A DNA stretch of 64,000 bases. Origin: Candidatus Oxydemutatoraceae bacterium. Lineage in GTDB: Bacteria > Pseudomonadota > Gammaproteobacteria > Poriferisulfidales > Oxydemutatoraceae. Made by a program: the position numbers and the translations under genes. The stretch's first letter is position 1. Each line of letters starts with the position of its first letter. The notes under the pieces are model-generated. The model worked only from the letters and a program-made list of their open reading frames with translations, did not search any database and was not told where the DNA came from. The stretch is taken from positions 1,420,769 through 1,484,768 of the forward strand of contig OZ244779.1 in the NCBI GenBank assembly GCA_965219575.1, in the 5' to 3' direction. This document shows, one piece after another, positions 27,804-39,045 of the stretch.

Positions 27804-30800
27804 ATGAAATTAAAACCTATATTCGTAGCACAATTTATTTTACTTGCAGTTCTGCCATGTCAGTCTGCGCTTGGGCAAGTACCCTCGGAGAATCCCGGTA
27901 TCACTCTGCAAAAGGGGATTACGATTGAAGGCTCGGCAAACGAAGGCGAGGAATTGACTTTAAGTCTCCCCGACGATGCGATTGCCGGTGGCAGCGGGAA
28001 TAGCGAAAACTATTCTTATCGGTGGGAATATCGACCGAGCGACCGGTCGCAGCTGTTGAATCCGAATTTGCAACTGTCGGATCCCAACACCCGAACTTTG
28101 ACTGTGCGCATCCCTACAGATTTCATTGCGCGTGATTATAACCAAAGCGATGTGATTTTCACTGTGACGGTCGGCGAAGACGGCTCTACGGCAAGCACCG
28201 AGAGCATAGTGACGATTATCAAGCGGAACAACTTTGTTCCCACCCTTGATGTGAATCTGAAACTGAATTCAAATATATCGGGTACGACCGCCTCTATAAC
28301 CGCCGTTGTAGATAATATCTCGGATTCGGACGGCGACGGCGAGTTCACATACTCGTGGCAATCTCTAGCTTTAGGCGACACGCAATGGCGTGGTGTCAAA
28401 ATGGAAACCACCACGAGAACACTATCCGCTTACACGGTACCGGAAGGCACCACCCCGACTACCCGCTATCGCGTGGAAATAAGCTATACCGATGCGCAGG
28501 GGCATGCGGTTACCGAACAATTCGGAACCTACAGAACCGATGTGGACATAGACGACGACGGATTGATAGAGATTTATTACCTTGAGGATTTAGACGCAAT
28601 TCGCTATCAAGTGAACGGCAGCGGCTATCAACCGGTTCCCTCCGATGATATAGACCTTAATAACTCGGGTTGCAACGAAGATGGTGATGGCACTTGTAAC
28701 GGATATGAAATCGCCAGGCATTTGGATTTCGGCAACGATGCACACTATCAAGACTTAAGCAATAAAGCGACTTGGACTGAAGGAGCAGGGTGGTCCCCGA
28801 TAGATAGTTTAGCTACGGCATTGGAAGGTAACGGCAACACAATTTCTGGTTTGCGTATCGTGCGTAATCAGGGCAACCAGGGTTTATTTGCGCAGTTGGG
28901 AGGATCATCGGGAATAATCCGCAATCTTGGTTTGCTCAAAGTGAATATCAATATTATGAGTAGTGGTATAGCAGGTGGGTTTGCAGGTAGATTGGGTGGC
29001 CGTATTATCAGAAATAGTTATGTCAAAGGTACTATAGTAGGAAACCAAGAGATAGGTGGTTTTGCAGGCGATGGCTTAGGTCAAATAATAAATAGCTATG
29101 CGAATGTAAATATTGAAGGGAGATTTAGTGGTGGATTATATGGTGAAGGTGATGCCGGGATTACTTCCAGTTATGTAACAGGATCTGTCACCGGACCGTC
29201 GGTAGGTGCGATAGTGTCGGAGAGTAATAGCTTTATTGCGAATAGCTACGCAGCAAATAATCTAGGAAATATAAAAGATAATAATCAAACCGGTATTTCC
29301 AATAGTTACGCCCGAGTACCAGATCGGCACAATGAACTTAAAGAACCCACCGCACCCGGTACTTCCGACCCCGAATTATATATAGGATGGCGTACCAACA
29401 GGTGGGATTTCGGCACATCCGAGCAATTCCCGATTCTAAAATATGTGGAGGATTGCTCAAACGACCCACAAACCCAAAGAACCGACCCACCGCAATGCGG
29501 CACATTCCTGCCGGACCAAAACGACGGTTTGAGAGACTTGGAAATAATAAGCGAGGTTATTAAACTGGATAAAGTTTTTGCCTCCGAAATCACCAACTAT
29601 GATGTAAGTTTTAATGATGATACACCGAACTTAACATTGAGATTAAAGGCTTACGAGAGCGACTCGCAAATCAGTGTCCGCAGACACGGAGACAGTACGG
29701 ATTACTTTGCCGGGATGCGTGATACCCCCGATGTCGGCAACGATATTTCCCTGACGGGCACAGAGCAAACAACCGTGACGATTACGGTGAGAGAAGTCTT
29801 TCCTGCCACCGAGACCGAATATGTACTTACTTTGATAAATGAGACGCTGATAGTTTCCGGAGAAATCGGCATTACGGGAGATGTAATGATTACCGAGAAT
29901 GTAATATCCACCACCGAAGGCAGATCTTTTACTTTAGAAGCACCTCAAGTTAGTGGTGGTATCGACATGCCCGACTACGAATGGACGGTGACGCCGGAAA
30001 ATACATCACAGTTGCTGAACCCGAATTTGCAACTATCGGATACCACCACCCGAACTTTGACCGTGACCATACCTAATGATTTTATAGGGCGCGCTTCTAC
30101 GAGTAGCAATGTGAGATTCAAGTTAACGGTGAATAACGATGTTTCCGGCAGTAGCCGAAACATCGTAGTGAGGATAGATAAAACGAATAACGATAGTTCG
30201 GAACTGAATCCGACATGGGTAGAGGACGGTATTTCATTAGATGCCGTGATAGATATTGAAGATATTGAAGATTTGGACGGCAATCCCGGCGAGAATGATA
30301 TCAGCTATCAATGGCAGCGTAAAGCCATAAACAATGATGTATGGATGAATATTCCCGATGATGCAACGTCTGAAACTTATACGATACCACAACTGGAGTA
30401 TCCCATTGCCTTTAACTATCGCGTCGGTGTGCGCTACACGGACCGGCAAGGCTATCTAAGTGATATCGCTTATAGCGACCCCACACCTGCAGATTATCGA
30501 CCGGACATAGACACAGACGATGACGGATTGATAGAGGTTTATTACCTTGAGGATTTGGATGCAATCCGTTATCAATTAGACGGTAGCGGCTATAGAACGA
30601 GCACTCAAGCAACGGTGATAAAAGCGGGTTGTGGCTATAACGATAATGGTAGCATGGTGTGCAGAGGCTACGAGTTGATAAGAGATTTAGACTTCGGCGT
30701 TGATAACAGCTATAGCTCGACGGCTAATCGGGTTATTTGGCAGCCGAATGACGGCAAAAGCAACGAGGGCTGGATGCCGATCGGTAGCAATAGCCAAACG

Positions 30801-33800
30801 ACCGTTAGTGCGCCGATGATATTTGAAGGCAACGGCTATACAATCTCCAATCTGTATCAAAACACCGCTACTGATAGTGGTTTATTCGGCAATATAGAAA
30901 ATGTCAGGGAGAGACCGCTCGCTATTTACAATATCGGTCTGCTTGATATAGATATTCAAACCCGAGGCGGCGATAACGGCGGCTTAGCCGCTGCATGCCG
31001 GAATTGTCGTATAGCAAACAGCTATGTCACCGGCACCTTGTCGTCTGAAGGAACGGTTGATACGCTGGGCGGTTTGGTGGGCCGCGCTACTTCTGATTCA
31101 GCAGGTGCTACTGAATATCGAAACATTTATGCGCGGGTTGATTTAACAGGGAATGCGGTACATTCGGGTCATTTGCTGGGTTTGGCTACGGTTCGTATTG
31201 CCGAGTCTTATGCCAGAGGCTACCGACAAGAAACCTACGAAGGCGCAATAGTAGGAAGTTTAAGTATAAGGAACGACAATGAATTCGGTTTTCTCGTAAA
31301 TTCCTATGCAACGGGTAGCGATATTACCGATATTATTATTGAAAATACCCTTTTATTCATGGACTCTACCGCAACACAGACCGTATCCGCACTAACATCA
31401 CCGACCACTAACGAAGGCATCTATGAACAATGGAATCAAGGAGAAAACATCTGGGATTTCGGCACATCCGAACAGTACCCGATTCTAAGATATAACATAG
31501 GCAATAACTTTAGACGCGTCTACGATTATGATTTATGTTCTCAAGGACTTCGCATGAAAAGCACCGACCAACCACAATGCGGCACATTCCTGCCCGATCA
31601 AGGGATCGGCTTGAGAGACCTGAATATACTTGAACCTACAATAACAAGAACCGATAACATCTTCGTTTCCGACCGAACCGAATACACCTTATGGATCAGA
31701 GAGAATGAAGCGCAAATTCAATTGGAACTGAACGGATATGACTTTAGAGGTATTATCACGATTGACGGTGTCGGTGCGGCGATCGGTACCACGATGACTA
31801 CGATTGCATTGCCTAACGACATATCGGTACGGAACATCGTTGTCGCCGATGCCGCTTCAACGGAATATAAACTCACCATTATCAAATCAGCGGATATTGC
31901 CGGAACAGGAGTAATCACGGTGGATCCCATGCCTGCCGAAGACGGAACTTGGGACGAAGGGAGCAGAATTGAACTGACATCCGACATAGTCGGAGGAAGC
32001 TATTTATGGACCCAACCGGAAGAAAGCGCGTTAGAAATAGTGGAGCAGAACGATGCCATGATCACGGTTCGGGCGCCGGGAGACTTCGTGGCGCCGGATG
32101 CAATGACTCGCAACACGACATTGACACTGACGGTTTCCGATCCCCTAGAGCAAGACGGCAGGGTAATAAGCCGAGTATTGACGATAAACAAAATAGACAA
32201 CGGGCCTGCCGAGATTGATTTTGTGGGGCAATTCGGCAATAGGCAGCTAACCGTTATCGTGGGCAATGATCCCGACGGTGATGTTGCCGAATACCGATAT
32301 CGATGGCAGAGCCAAGCCCCCGGTTCAAACTTATGGGCAACCGTAGCCTCGATAACGACTGCCTTGAATAAGGTTGATTATCAAATACCGGCGGATACTA
32401 CCACCGCTACCCGCTATCGGGTGGAGGTGCAATACACTGATGCGCAAGGGTATAGCACCGACGAGGTAGCGGGCAATTATTTATACAGAGCCGGAGATAA
32501 CGACGATAACGACAACGGTTTTATAGATATTTATACGTTGGAAGATTTGGCCGCAACGACAAGCGATGGCCGCTACGAATTGAGAGGAAACTTAGACTTC
32601 AACGACCCGCTGAGCTATGCCGATACTAGAAACATGGATGACTGGAGTGCGAATGAAGATAGAAGCAATCGGGGGTGGGAGCCTATTCCTCCTGTAAATC
32701 TTGAGTTTGTCGGTTATATTTTTAACGGGAATGGTCATACCATCTCCAACCTTTATATCAATAGAGCGGTTAATAGAAACTCTGAAAATCAAAGGATCGC
32801 TTTATTCCGCGAAATAGGACCGAGTAGCACGATCAGAAATATAGGTTTAATCAATGTAGATATTAGAGGATACTTTTTCGCAGGTGGATTGGTCGGTATC
32901 TCAGACGGTAGTGTTATTTCTAGCTATGTGGGCGGTTCCGTTAAAATCAGCAGTAATGATAGGGCGGCAGGATTAGTTGGTGAAAACACTAACACGGGTA
33001 TCATTGATAATAGCTATGTTATCGCAACGAGCGGCACGATTGTAGGTCTTGGGAACACAGGAGGACTGGTAGGTTTTAATTCCGGTACAATCAGGAATAG
33101 TGGAGCGAATGTAGCGGTACAAGGAACCGATGGAGTTGGCGGCTTAATAGGTCGCAACAGAGCTGTGGGTGACACTGCTCGTACGTCCAGGGTTCATAAT
33201 AGCTTCGCGCAGGGTTCCGTCACCGGGAATCAGAATGTAGGTGGTTTAATAGGACTTATTCAACCGATGTCCACCGTTCAAAATAGCTATGCAAGCGGCG
33301 ATGTTACCGGTTCATCCAATTTAGGTGGGTTGATCGGTTCTTCCACAGTTCCTGCGCTTTCCATCGAAAACAACTATACGATATCTAAAGTAATTCCCAA
33401 TGGCGATGGAAGGATAGGAGGATTGCTGGGTAATACTGGCAGTCCAGCCGCTAGCTACTGGAATAGCGATGTTTATACCGAAGACGACAGACGCCCCACC
33501 GATGACGATGCCACAAGCAAAACCACGGTGGAACTGCAATCACCGATAGATGCAACCGACATTTATCGACAATGGAGTACAGACAACTGGGATTTCGGTG
33601 ATGAGATGACTTATCCGATGCTTCGCTACGACCCGACCTCATGTAACTTAGATTCCGATACCGCACGCTGCGGGCTATTGCCCAATCAGCAATATGAGAC
33701 TGGTCTGGGCGCACTGTTTCTGCTATCGAACGGCGAGGTATTGAATCCCGATCTACGCCTCGGTAATCAACCGTTTTCCGTTTTGCGAGAGAATTATAGT

Positions 33801-36800
33801 ATAGGTATTCTGAATCGGAGCGAGGTTCAATTAAGACCTTTTGCCGTCGGTGGTGATGCCGAGATTAAAATCATAAGTGACGGCGATAACCAAGATTATT
33901 TTTCCGGCAAATCCAGCGGTCAGCCTAGCAACCCGATTCCATTAAGTCTAGATATCGCAACGACTGTATCCGTTGTCGTGACCGACGGCGATATAAATAC
34001 CACTTACACGCTGGCCATGAGCAGATACGACATAGAGACCGAAAGCACGGTCGTAGATGAAGGAGACGAAATCACCTTAAACACCGGTGCGATAGGCGAT
34101 AGTCGTAACTGGTCGTTTATGCCGCCGGACTCGGTTGACATTCTATCGGGGCAGGGCACCCCTACTTTGAGGGTGAGGATACCCGATACCTTTGTGCCGG
34201 GAGGTATGGAGACTACCATGGCCACCCTCGTATTTGAAGTAGATATAGTTGACGGGGCAACAACCTATACACCGAGAGAAACACTGATAGTCAATAAGAT
34301 AAATAACGGGATGCCTCCCGATATCGGTTTGGAAATAGGCTCGACGACCCTGAGTATCGTTCTCGGCGAAGGTACCGATTCGGACGGCGAAGGTGAGTTT
34401 ATGTACACATGGGAAAAGGTATCTGTTGAAAATGGTAGAAAAGAGCGGAATGAGGTTTCTACTTCACCTGAATATAGATTGCCCGACACCGACAACGGAA
34501 GTACCCGCTATTTCGTGAATGTAATCCACATCGACGGTCAAGGCTTTGTAACAGACTACGCAACCCGAGAGCCATCTATTTCGGAGCCGATTAGGCGAAT
34601 AGATATAGACATAGACGATGACGACAATGGCTTGATAGATATCTACTACTTGGACGACTTGGACGAAATACGCGAACATTTGACCGAAATGCCGGCAACT
34701 TGCGGTCAAAACAACGATCAACCTTGTGAAGGTTATGAATTGCAAAGAAGCTTGAACTTTCGTTCCGGTGGCTCTTATATCGGAGATGTGAATCAGGCAT
34801 GGATATCTACATTTACATCATCACCTCCAGGTTGGCAACCCATAGGGAGCATTGAAACCCCTTTCAATACCGTTTTTACGGCAGCTACCGATAATCTATT
34901 CATCGATCGCTTGTATATCAATAGACAAGAGGAGGACAATATCGGTTTGTTCGGTGTGATCGGTCCCCGAGCCCAAATTTTGGATATTCAGGTACGGAAT
35001 CCAAACATTAGAGGGCGGTATGCGGTCGGCGGTTTAGTCGGCGTGACGAGTAGGTTAACCGATAGCGAAGGTTCGGTTACCGAGAGTTCTCTTATTGCCA
35101 ACAGCTCCGTAGTTTTTACTCAATTGACTGGTACTCAACTAAGAGCGACTCGCGCATGGCTCGGTGGACTGGTCGGTTCTAATTACGGTTCAATCGTCAA
35201 TAGCTATACCCAAGTCAGGCTAAACGGGGATTTTGCAGTGGGTGGTTTGGCAGGTTACAGCTTCGGTCCGATCAGTGATAGCTACGCACTCAGCTTCTAT
35301 AGCATACCCGCTACTAGCGGAATTAACGAAGGCAATGATATCATAGAAGCCGGAAATGCGGTCGGTGGCTTGGTCGGTTATAACCATAACGAGAGCCCAT
35401 TCAAAGGAGGGGGTTCCATTACCAATAGTTATGCCATCAATAGTGTACTGGGTGATTTCGATGTCGGCGGCTTGGTCGGCTATAACGATGCCGGCACTAT
35501 CACGAACAGCTATGCGCTCGGTCATGTGGTCGGTGGCACGAATGTCGGCGGCTTGGTCGGCTACAATAGCAACGGAACGATTGTCGGCTATGCCGGTAAT
35601 ATCGTAACAGGCGGAAATAATGTCGGCGATTTGGTATCCCTCGAGTCCGGCGGTACGGTCACCGCACTGCTTACTACGCCGACCCTGACATACACAAGGA
35701 ATTTTGACGGCAACGGCTATTCAAGTTGTGCCGTTGCCGACGGACAAACCGATTATCGAGTCAAATTACCGGCTTGCGACACACCGCTTCCGGAGCAAGA
35801 TTCAAGAATCGGCAGAGGTACTCCGGCATTGAGCGGTGTGACTTTATCGGTCGGTACATTGGAACCTGAGTTTGACCCGGCTAGAAGCGCATTCTCTAGT
35901 TTTAATGGTTATGAGATTTTTGATATCCCCGAGGGCACGACGAAAATAACGGTGACGGCTACAACGAATAGTCCAAATACTGATTTGGTTTTTGCCGCGG
36001 GTTCTTCTACCACTAGAGAAAATAATTCGCGTACAATTTCGCGTACAATTCCGTTAGATATTGAAGAGGCATTTATTTCTGCAGAGCGAGGTACAGCAAG
36101 CGATTACGCCATAGTAATGCCTGACCAGCCTGATTTAAGCGGCACCCCGCGAATGCCATGCCGCGCAGATACCGCAGATAGAGATGGCGACGGCTTGATA
36201 GAAATTTGCGATCTGGAAGGCTTGTATGCGATGCGCTATCGATTGGATGCCGATGCCATGCCGAAGACTTGTGGAGAGAGTAACGATAGTGCTTGCATCG
36301 GATATGAGTTGGTCAGAGATTTAGACTTTAACGAGAACGAAAGCTATCGCAATGCATCCGAGAATAAACCGATATGGACGACCGGTAGAGGTTGGCGACC
36401 GATAGGAAATCCCAATAATCCTTTCAATGTGGAATTTAGCGCAACCACCGGCCACAGCATCGCTAATCTGATGATTAATAGAGACTTTATTAGAAATTAT
36501 AGCGGATTATTCGGCTATACCGGACGCAATGCTCGTATCGTCAATATCGAACTATCGGATGCAAATGTTCGCGGTAGATACTTAACCGGTGGCTTGGTCG
36601 GTCGCAACGAAGGCACGATTATCAATAGCCGTGTAACCAGCGCGAGCACGGTTATCGTAAGGAATGCATGGGGTGGCGGTCTGGTAGGTGATAACGCCGG
36701 AATCATCAACGATAGCTACACGGATGGCGATGTGACAGGCAGAGATCAGATCGGTGGCTTGGCCGGTATTAACAGCGGGCAGATTATCAATAGCGTAGCC

Positions 36801-37703
36801 AAGAGCAATGTGGCAGGGGCTACCTTCGCCGGTGGCTTGGTCGGTGTCAATGCCGGCAACATTAATAATAGTTATGCAAGCGGTACGGCGGGAGAGAACT
36901 TTTATTATGCCGGCGGTTTGGTCGGTTTGAATGTCGGTAGCATCGCAGACACATACTCAATCGGCAATGTGAACGGAAGGGAACGAGTAGGCGGTTTGGT
37001 CGGTGATAACAGAAACTTGATAGCCTCGAGTTATGCTGCCGTCGGCAATGTGGTAGGAACCAGACTGGTCGGTGGCTTGGTCGGCATCAACAGTGGCTCG
37101 ATTATCGACAGCTACGGCGATCAAAGTACTTATGGTTTAGTCGGTGAAAATTTCCCTGTCGGAACGATAAGGAACAGTCAAATTTTAAGCGATATGAACT
37201 TTCAATCGCAATTCTCCATTCCCGGATGGCGTGCTACCAGCTGGGATTTCGGCACCAACAGGCAATACCCGGCACTCAAATATCTAAGAAGCGAAACCGA
37301 CCCGATTGACTGCGAACAATGTGGCATGTTACTGCAGGGTCAAGCGATGAGACCTGATTTTTCATTGAGTGCGCCGGCGGAATCGGAAACTCTAATTGAA
37401 ACGCCGAGCGGCTATACGCTGAACATCAACTTCAACGCAAGGCAAGCCACCCTGATTCCCGATGCGGATGTTGACAATGTTGTTATTCGTTATAGAGTAG
37501 ATAACGGGGTGGACCAGACAGCTACGAACAGACAACCCTTTACCGTAGCACTGCCTTCTAGTGCTAGAACAATCACAATCACATTAGACTTAGGTGGTGA
37601 CGAAGACTTCCAAGTTGGCGAAATGATAGAATATAGGGTTGATGTCCGCAGAGTTATCTATACCCAAATCAGATTATTCCCCGAAGGCCTACTAAATCCA
37701 TAA
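27804..37703 (+). CDS. Giant (3299 aa) secreted repeat protein with GLUG-like repeats, DxDxDG Ca-binding motifs and Ig/cadherin-like domains
   Basis: Sec-type signal peptide, five DDDGLIEIYYLEDL-type modules, many VGGLVG.N...I.NSYA repeats and repeated WDFGT..QYP.L. Confidence 0.88.
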   Translation: MKLKPIFVAQFILLAVLPCQSALGQVPSENPGITLQKGITIEGSANEGEELTLSLPDDAIAGGSGNSENYSYRWEYRPSDRSQLLNPNLQLSDPNTRTLTVRIPTDFIARDYNQSDVIFTVTVGEDGSTASTESIVTIIKRNNFVPTLDVNLKLNSNISGTTASITAVVDNISDSDGDGEFTYSWQSLALGDTQWRGVKMETTTRTLSAYTVPEGTTPTTRYRVEISYTDAQGHAVTEQFGTYRTDVDIDDDGLIEIYYLEDLDAIRYQVNGSGYQPVPSDDIDLNNSGCNEDGDGTCNGYEIARHLDFGNDAHYQDLSNKATWTEGAGWSPIDSLATALEGNGNTISGLRIVRNQGNQGLFAQLGGSSGIIRNLGLLKVNINIMSSGIAGGFAGRLGGRIIRNSYVKGTIVGNQEIGGFAGDGLGQIINSYANVNIEGRFSGGLYGEGDAGITSSYVTGSVTGPSVGAIVSESNSFIANSYAANNLGNIKDNNQTGISNSYARVPDRHNELKEPTAPGTSDPELYIGWRTNRWDFGTSEQFPILKYVEDCSNDPQTQRTDPPQCGTFLPDQNDGLRDLEIISEVIKLDKVFASEITNYDVSFNDDTPNLTLRLKAYESDSQISVRRHGDSTDYFAGMRDTPDVGNDISLTGTEQTTVTITVREVFPATETEYVLTLINETLIVSGEIGITGDVMITENVISTTEGRSFTLEAPQVSGGIDMPDYEWTVTPENTSQLLNPNLQLSDTTTRTLTVTIPNDFIGRASTSSNVRFKLTVNNDVSGSSRNIVVRIDKTNNDSSELNPTWVEDGISLDAVIDIEDIEDLDGNPGENDISYQWQRKAINNDVWMNIPDDATSETYTIPQLEYPIAFNYRVGVRYTDRQGYLSDIAYSDPTPADYRPDIDTDDDGLIEVYYLEDLDAIRYQLDGSGYRTSTQATVIKAGCGYNDNGSMVCRGYELIRDLDFGVDNSYSSTANRVIWQPNDGKSNEGWMPIGSNSQTTVSAPMIFEGNGYTISNLYQNTATDSGLFGNIENVRERPLAIYNIGLLDIDIQTRGGDNGGLAAACRNCRIANSYVTGTLSSEGTVDTLGGLVGRATSDSAGATEYRNIYARVDLTGNAVHSGHLLGLATVRIAESYARGYRQETYEGAIVGSLSIRNDNEFGFLVNSYATGSDITDIIIENTLLFMDSTATQTVSALTSPTTNEGIYEQWNQGENIWDFGTSEQYPILRYNIGNNFRRVYDYDLCSQGLRMKSTDQPQCGTFLPDQGIGLRDLNILEPTITRTDNIFVSDRTEYTLWIRENEAQIQLELNGYDFRGIITIDGVGAAIGTTMTTIALPNDISVRNIVVADAASTEYKLTIIKSADIAGTGVITVDPMPAEDGTWDEGSRIELTSDIVGGSYLWTQPEESALEIVEQNDAMITVRAPGDFVAPDAMTRNTTLTLTVSDPLEQDGRVISRVLTINKIDNGPAEIDFVGQFGNRQLTVIVGNDPDGDVAEYRYRWQSQAPGSNLWATVASITTALNKVDYQIPADTTTATRYRVEVQYTDAQGYSTDEVAGNYLYRAGDNDDNDNGFIDIYTLEDLAATTSDGRYELRGNLDFNDPLSYADTRNMDDWSANEDRSNRGWEPIPPVNLEFVGYIFNGNGHTISNLYINRAVNRNSENQRIALFREIGPSSTIRNIGLINVDIRGYFFAGGLVGISDGSVISSYVGGSVKISSNDRAAGLVGENTNTGIIDNSYVIATSGTIVGLGNTGGLVGFNSGTIRNSGANVAVQGTDGVGGLIGRNRAVGDTARTSRVHNSFAQGSVTGNQNVGGLIGLIQPMSTVQNSYASGDVTGSSNLGGLIGSSTVPALSIENNYTISKVIPNGDGRIGGLLGNTGSPAASYWNSDVYTEDDRRPTDDDATSKTTVELQSPIDATDIYRQWSTDNWDFGDEMTYPMLRYDPTSCNLDSDTARCGLLPNQQYETGLGALFLLSNGEVLNPDLRLGNQPFSVLRENYSIGILNRSEVQLRPFAVGGDAEIKIISDGDNQDYFSGKSSGQPSNPIPLSLDIATTVSVVVTDGDINTTYTLAMSRYDIETESTVVDEGDEITLNTGAIGDSRNWSFMPPDSVDILSGQGTPTLRVRIPDTFVPGGMETTMATLVFEVDIVDGATTYTPRETLIVNKINNGMPPDIGLEIGSTTLSIVLGEGTDSDGEGEFMYTWEKVSVENGRKERNEVSTSPEYRLPDTDNGSTRYFVNVIHIDGQGFVTDYATREPSISEPIRRIDIDIDDDDNGLIDIYYLDDLDEIREHLTEMPATCGQNNDQPCEGYELQRSLNFRSGGSYIGDVNQAWISTFTSSPPGWQPIGSIETPFNTVFTAATDNLFIDRLYINRQEEDNIGLFGVIGPRAQILDIQVRNPNIRGRYAVGGLVGVTSRLTDSEGSVTESSLIANSSVVFTQLTGTQLRATRAWLGGLVGSNYGSIVNSYTQVRLNGDFAVGGLAGYSFGPISDSYALSFYSIPATSGINEGNDIIEAGNAVGGLVGYNHNESPFKGGGSITNSYAINSVLGDFDVGGLVGYNDAGTITNSYALGHVVGGTNVGGLVGYNSNGTIVGYAGNIVTGGNNVGDLVSLESGGTVTALLTTPTLTYTRNFDGNGYSSCAVADGQTDYRVKLPACDTPLPEQDSRIGRGTPALSGVTLSVGTLEPEFDPARSAFSSFNGYEIFDIPEGTTKITVTATTNSPNTDLVFAAGSSTTRENNSRTISRTIPLDIEEAFISAERGTASDYAIVMPDQPDLSGTPRMPCRADTADRDGDGLIEICDLEGLYAMRYRLDADAMPKTCGESNDSACIGYELVRDLDFNENESYRNASENKPIWTTGRGWRPIGNPNNPFNVEFSATTGHSIANLMINRDFIRNYSGLFGYTGRNARIVNIELSDANVRGRYLTGGLVGRNEGTIINSRVTSASTVIVRNAWGGGLVGDNAGIINDSYTDGDVTGRDQIGGLAGINSGQIINSVAKSNVAGATFAGGLVGVNAGNINNSYASGTAGENFYYAGGLVGLNVGSIADTYSIGNVNGRERVGGLVGDNRNLIASSYAAVGNVVGTRLVGGLVGINSGSIIDSYGDQSTYGLVGENFPVGTIRNSQILSDMNFQSQFSIPGWRATSWDFGTNRQYPALKYLRSETDPIDCEQCGMLLQGQAMRPDFSLSAPAESETLIETPSGYTLNINFNARQATLIPDADVDNVVIRYRVDNGVDQTATNRQPFTVALPSSARTITITLDLGGDEDFQVGEMIEYRVDVRRVIYTQIRLFPEGLLNP

Positions 37704-37712
37704 AGACAAACC

Positions 37713-37759
37713 ATTCCCCTCCTTCGGAGGGGTGGCAGGCGTTAGCCTGACGGGGTGGT
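37713..37759 (+). repeat. Family-B repeat
   Basis: attcccctccttcggaggggtggcaggcgttagcctgacggggtggt. Confidence 0.8.
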
Positions 37760-37767
37760 CGCTTCGT

Positions 37768-38059
37768 GGGACTGTTGAAAAAATACCGTTTGGCACGGAT
37801 AATATGTTTATCCACAAAATTTATGTTTACCTACCGTAGGGGCGGACTAACATGTCCGCCCTAAAGTGCCGTTCTGCACAGCCGCAACCGCTTGCGCCAA
37901 CAAATAATGGTTTCCATAATATTAATGGGTAAACGCGTTAATCGTGCAAACATGATACGTTTCGGGCGGACATGTTAGTCCGCCCCTACGGGTGGTTTGT
38001 AAATATTCACGGCGCAAGCGGTTGCAATTATGCAAAAACAGTACTTTTTCAACAGCCCC
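37768..38059. mobile_element. MITE family A copy A7
   Basis: gggactgttgaaaaa...ctttttcaacagcccc ends and two REP palindromes. Confidence 0.8.
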
Positions 38060-38100
38060 AACGGTTCTGCACAAGTCAACCACACAAACTACTTTGACAA

Positions 38101-39045
38101 TCAATCCAACGCAATAAAAGTGCCACGGCTTTGTCTGGCAACCTCGCGCAACAAAGTGGAAAGACGAAGTATATCGCCGCCTTGTTGGTTATAAAAACCG
38201 ATACCGTGGATGCGGGCAATAGGCTTGCCCGTTCCTCTATCGGTATTGAGTCCGGCGATCGTTTGCAATACCGGGTCGTAAGACGAACCGGTGTAATCAT
38301 CTCCTAAAATATAGATTGATACTTTCATATTAGGCTTCACATAGAGTTTTAAGGCTTCTTGTAAGCCTTCTACCGGGCTACTGTTAGAGAATGCTTGCCA
38401 CGAGCGCAGTAATTGCAATACGCGTCTGCGCAAGCTGGGTGTGTCGTCGATCCATTTTCTCTTATAGGCGGAAATCAAATGTATGCCGTTGTCGTTGAGG
38501 ATTTGAAAGCCTTCCACTTTCGGATGTATGTTGAGTATATTTTCCATGTCTTTCATGACCTTAGCCCATATCTCTAACATAGAGCCCGAAGTGTCTACTA
38601 TAAAGACGATGTAATTCGCATCAACCGGTATGCCGCCGGCGTAGACTTCGTCTTCGACATTTCTATCTACACTTGTCGTTGCCGAAGGCGAATTTGTTTT
38701 TTGTTGCAGTATAGCCATCTCGGCCTGCAAGGTTGAGTTCTCCGATTGTAGCGTTGCAAGCGTTTGGCTTGCTTTTTTAATAGCACTTTGAAGTTGCGTC
38801 TCTTTATCTGTTTGTGTATCGATTGTAGACGAAAGTTGTTGCGATTGCGATTCAAGTTCGCCACTTTGTACTTGCGTTTGAGTGAATGTTTTGAGCAGCT
38901 CTGCGATGCGATCTATATCGATCGTGCCACCGCCGATCGTCGATTTGGAAAGCAATACCAACAGCACGACGGCACCGAAACCACACGAGATAACATCCAA
39001 AAAGGAAAGGTTGAATATCTGGAAATTGCGTAAACGTCTTTTCAT
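38101..39045 (-). CDS. ExbD/TolR-like TM + coiled coil + vWA (MIDAS) protein
   Basis: FNLSFLDVISCGFGAVVLLVLL TM with Asp, Gln-rich coil, IVDTSGSM MIDAS. ATGA overlap with the upstream gene. Confidence 0.82.
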   Translation of the reverse strand: MKRRLRNFQIFNLSFLDVISCGFGAVVLLVLLSKSTIGGGTIDIDRIAELLKTFTQTQVQSGELESQSQQLSSTIDTQTDKETQLQSAIKKASQTLATLQSENSTLQAEMAILQQKTNSPSATTSVDRNVEDEVYAGGIPVDANYIVFIVDTSGSMLEIWAKVMKDMENILNIHPKVEGFQILNDNGIHLISAYKRKWIDDTPSLRRRVLQLLRSWQAFSNSSPVEGLQEALKLYVKPNMKVSIYILGDDYTGSSYDPVLQTIAGLNTDRGTGKPIARIHGIGFYNQQGGDILRLSTLLREVARQSRGTFIALD

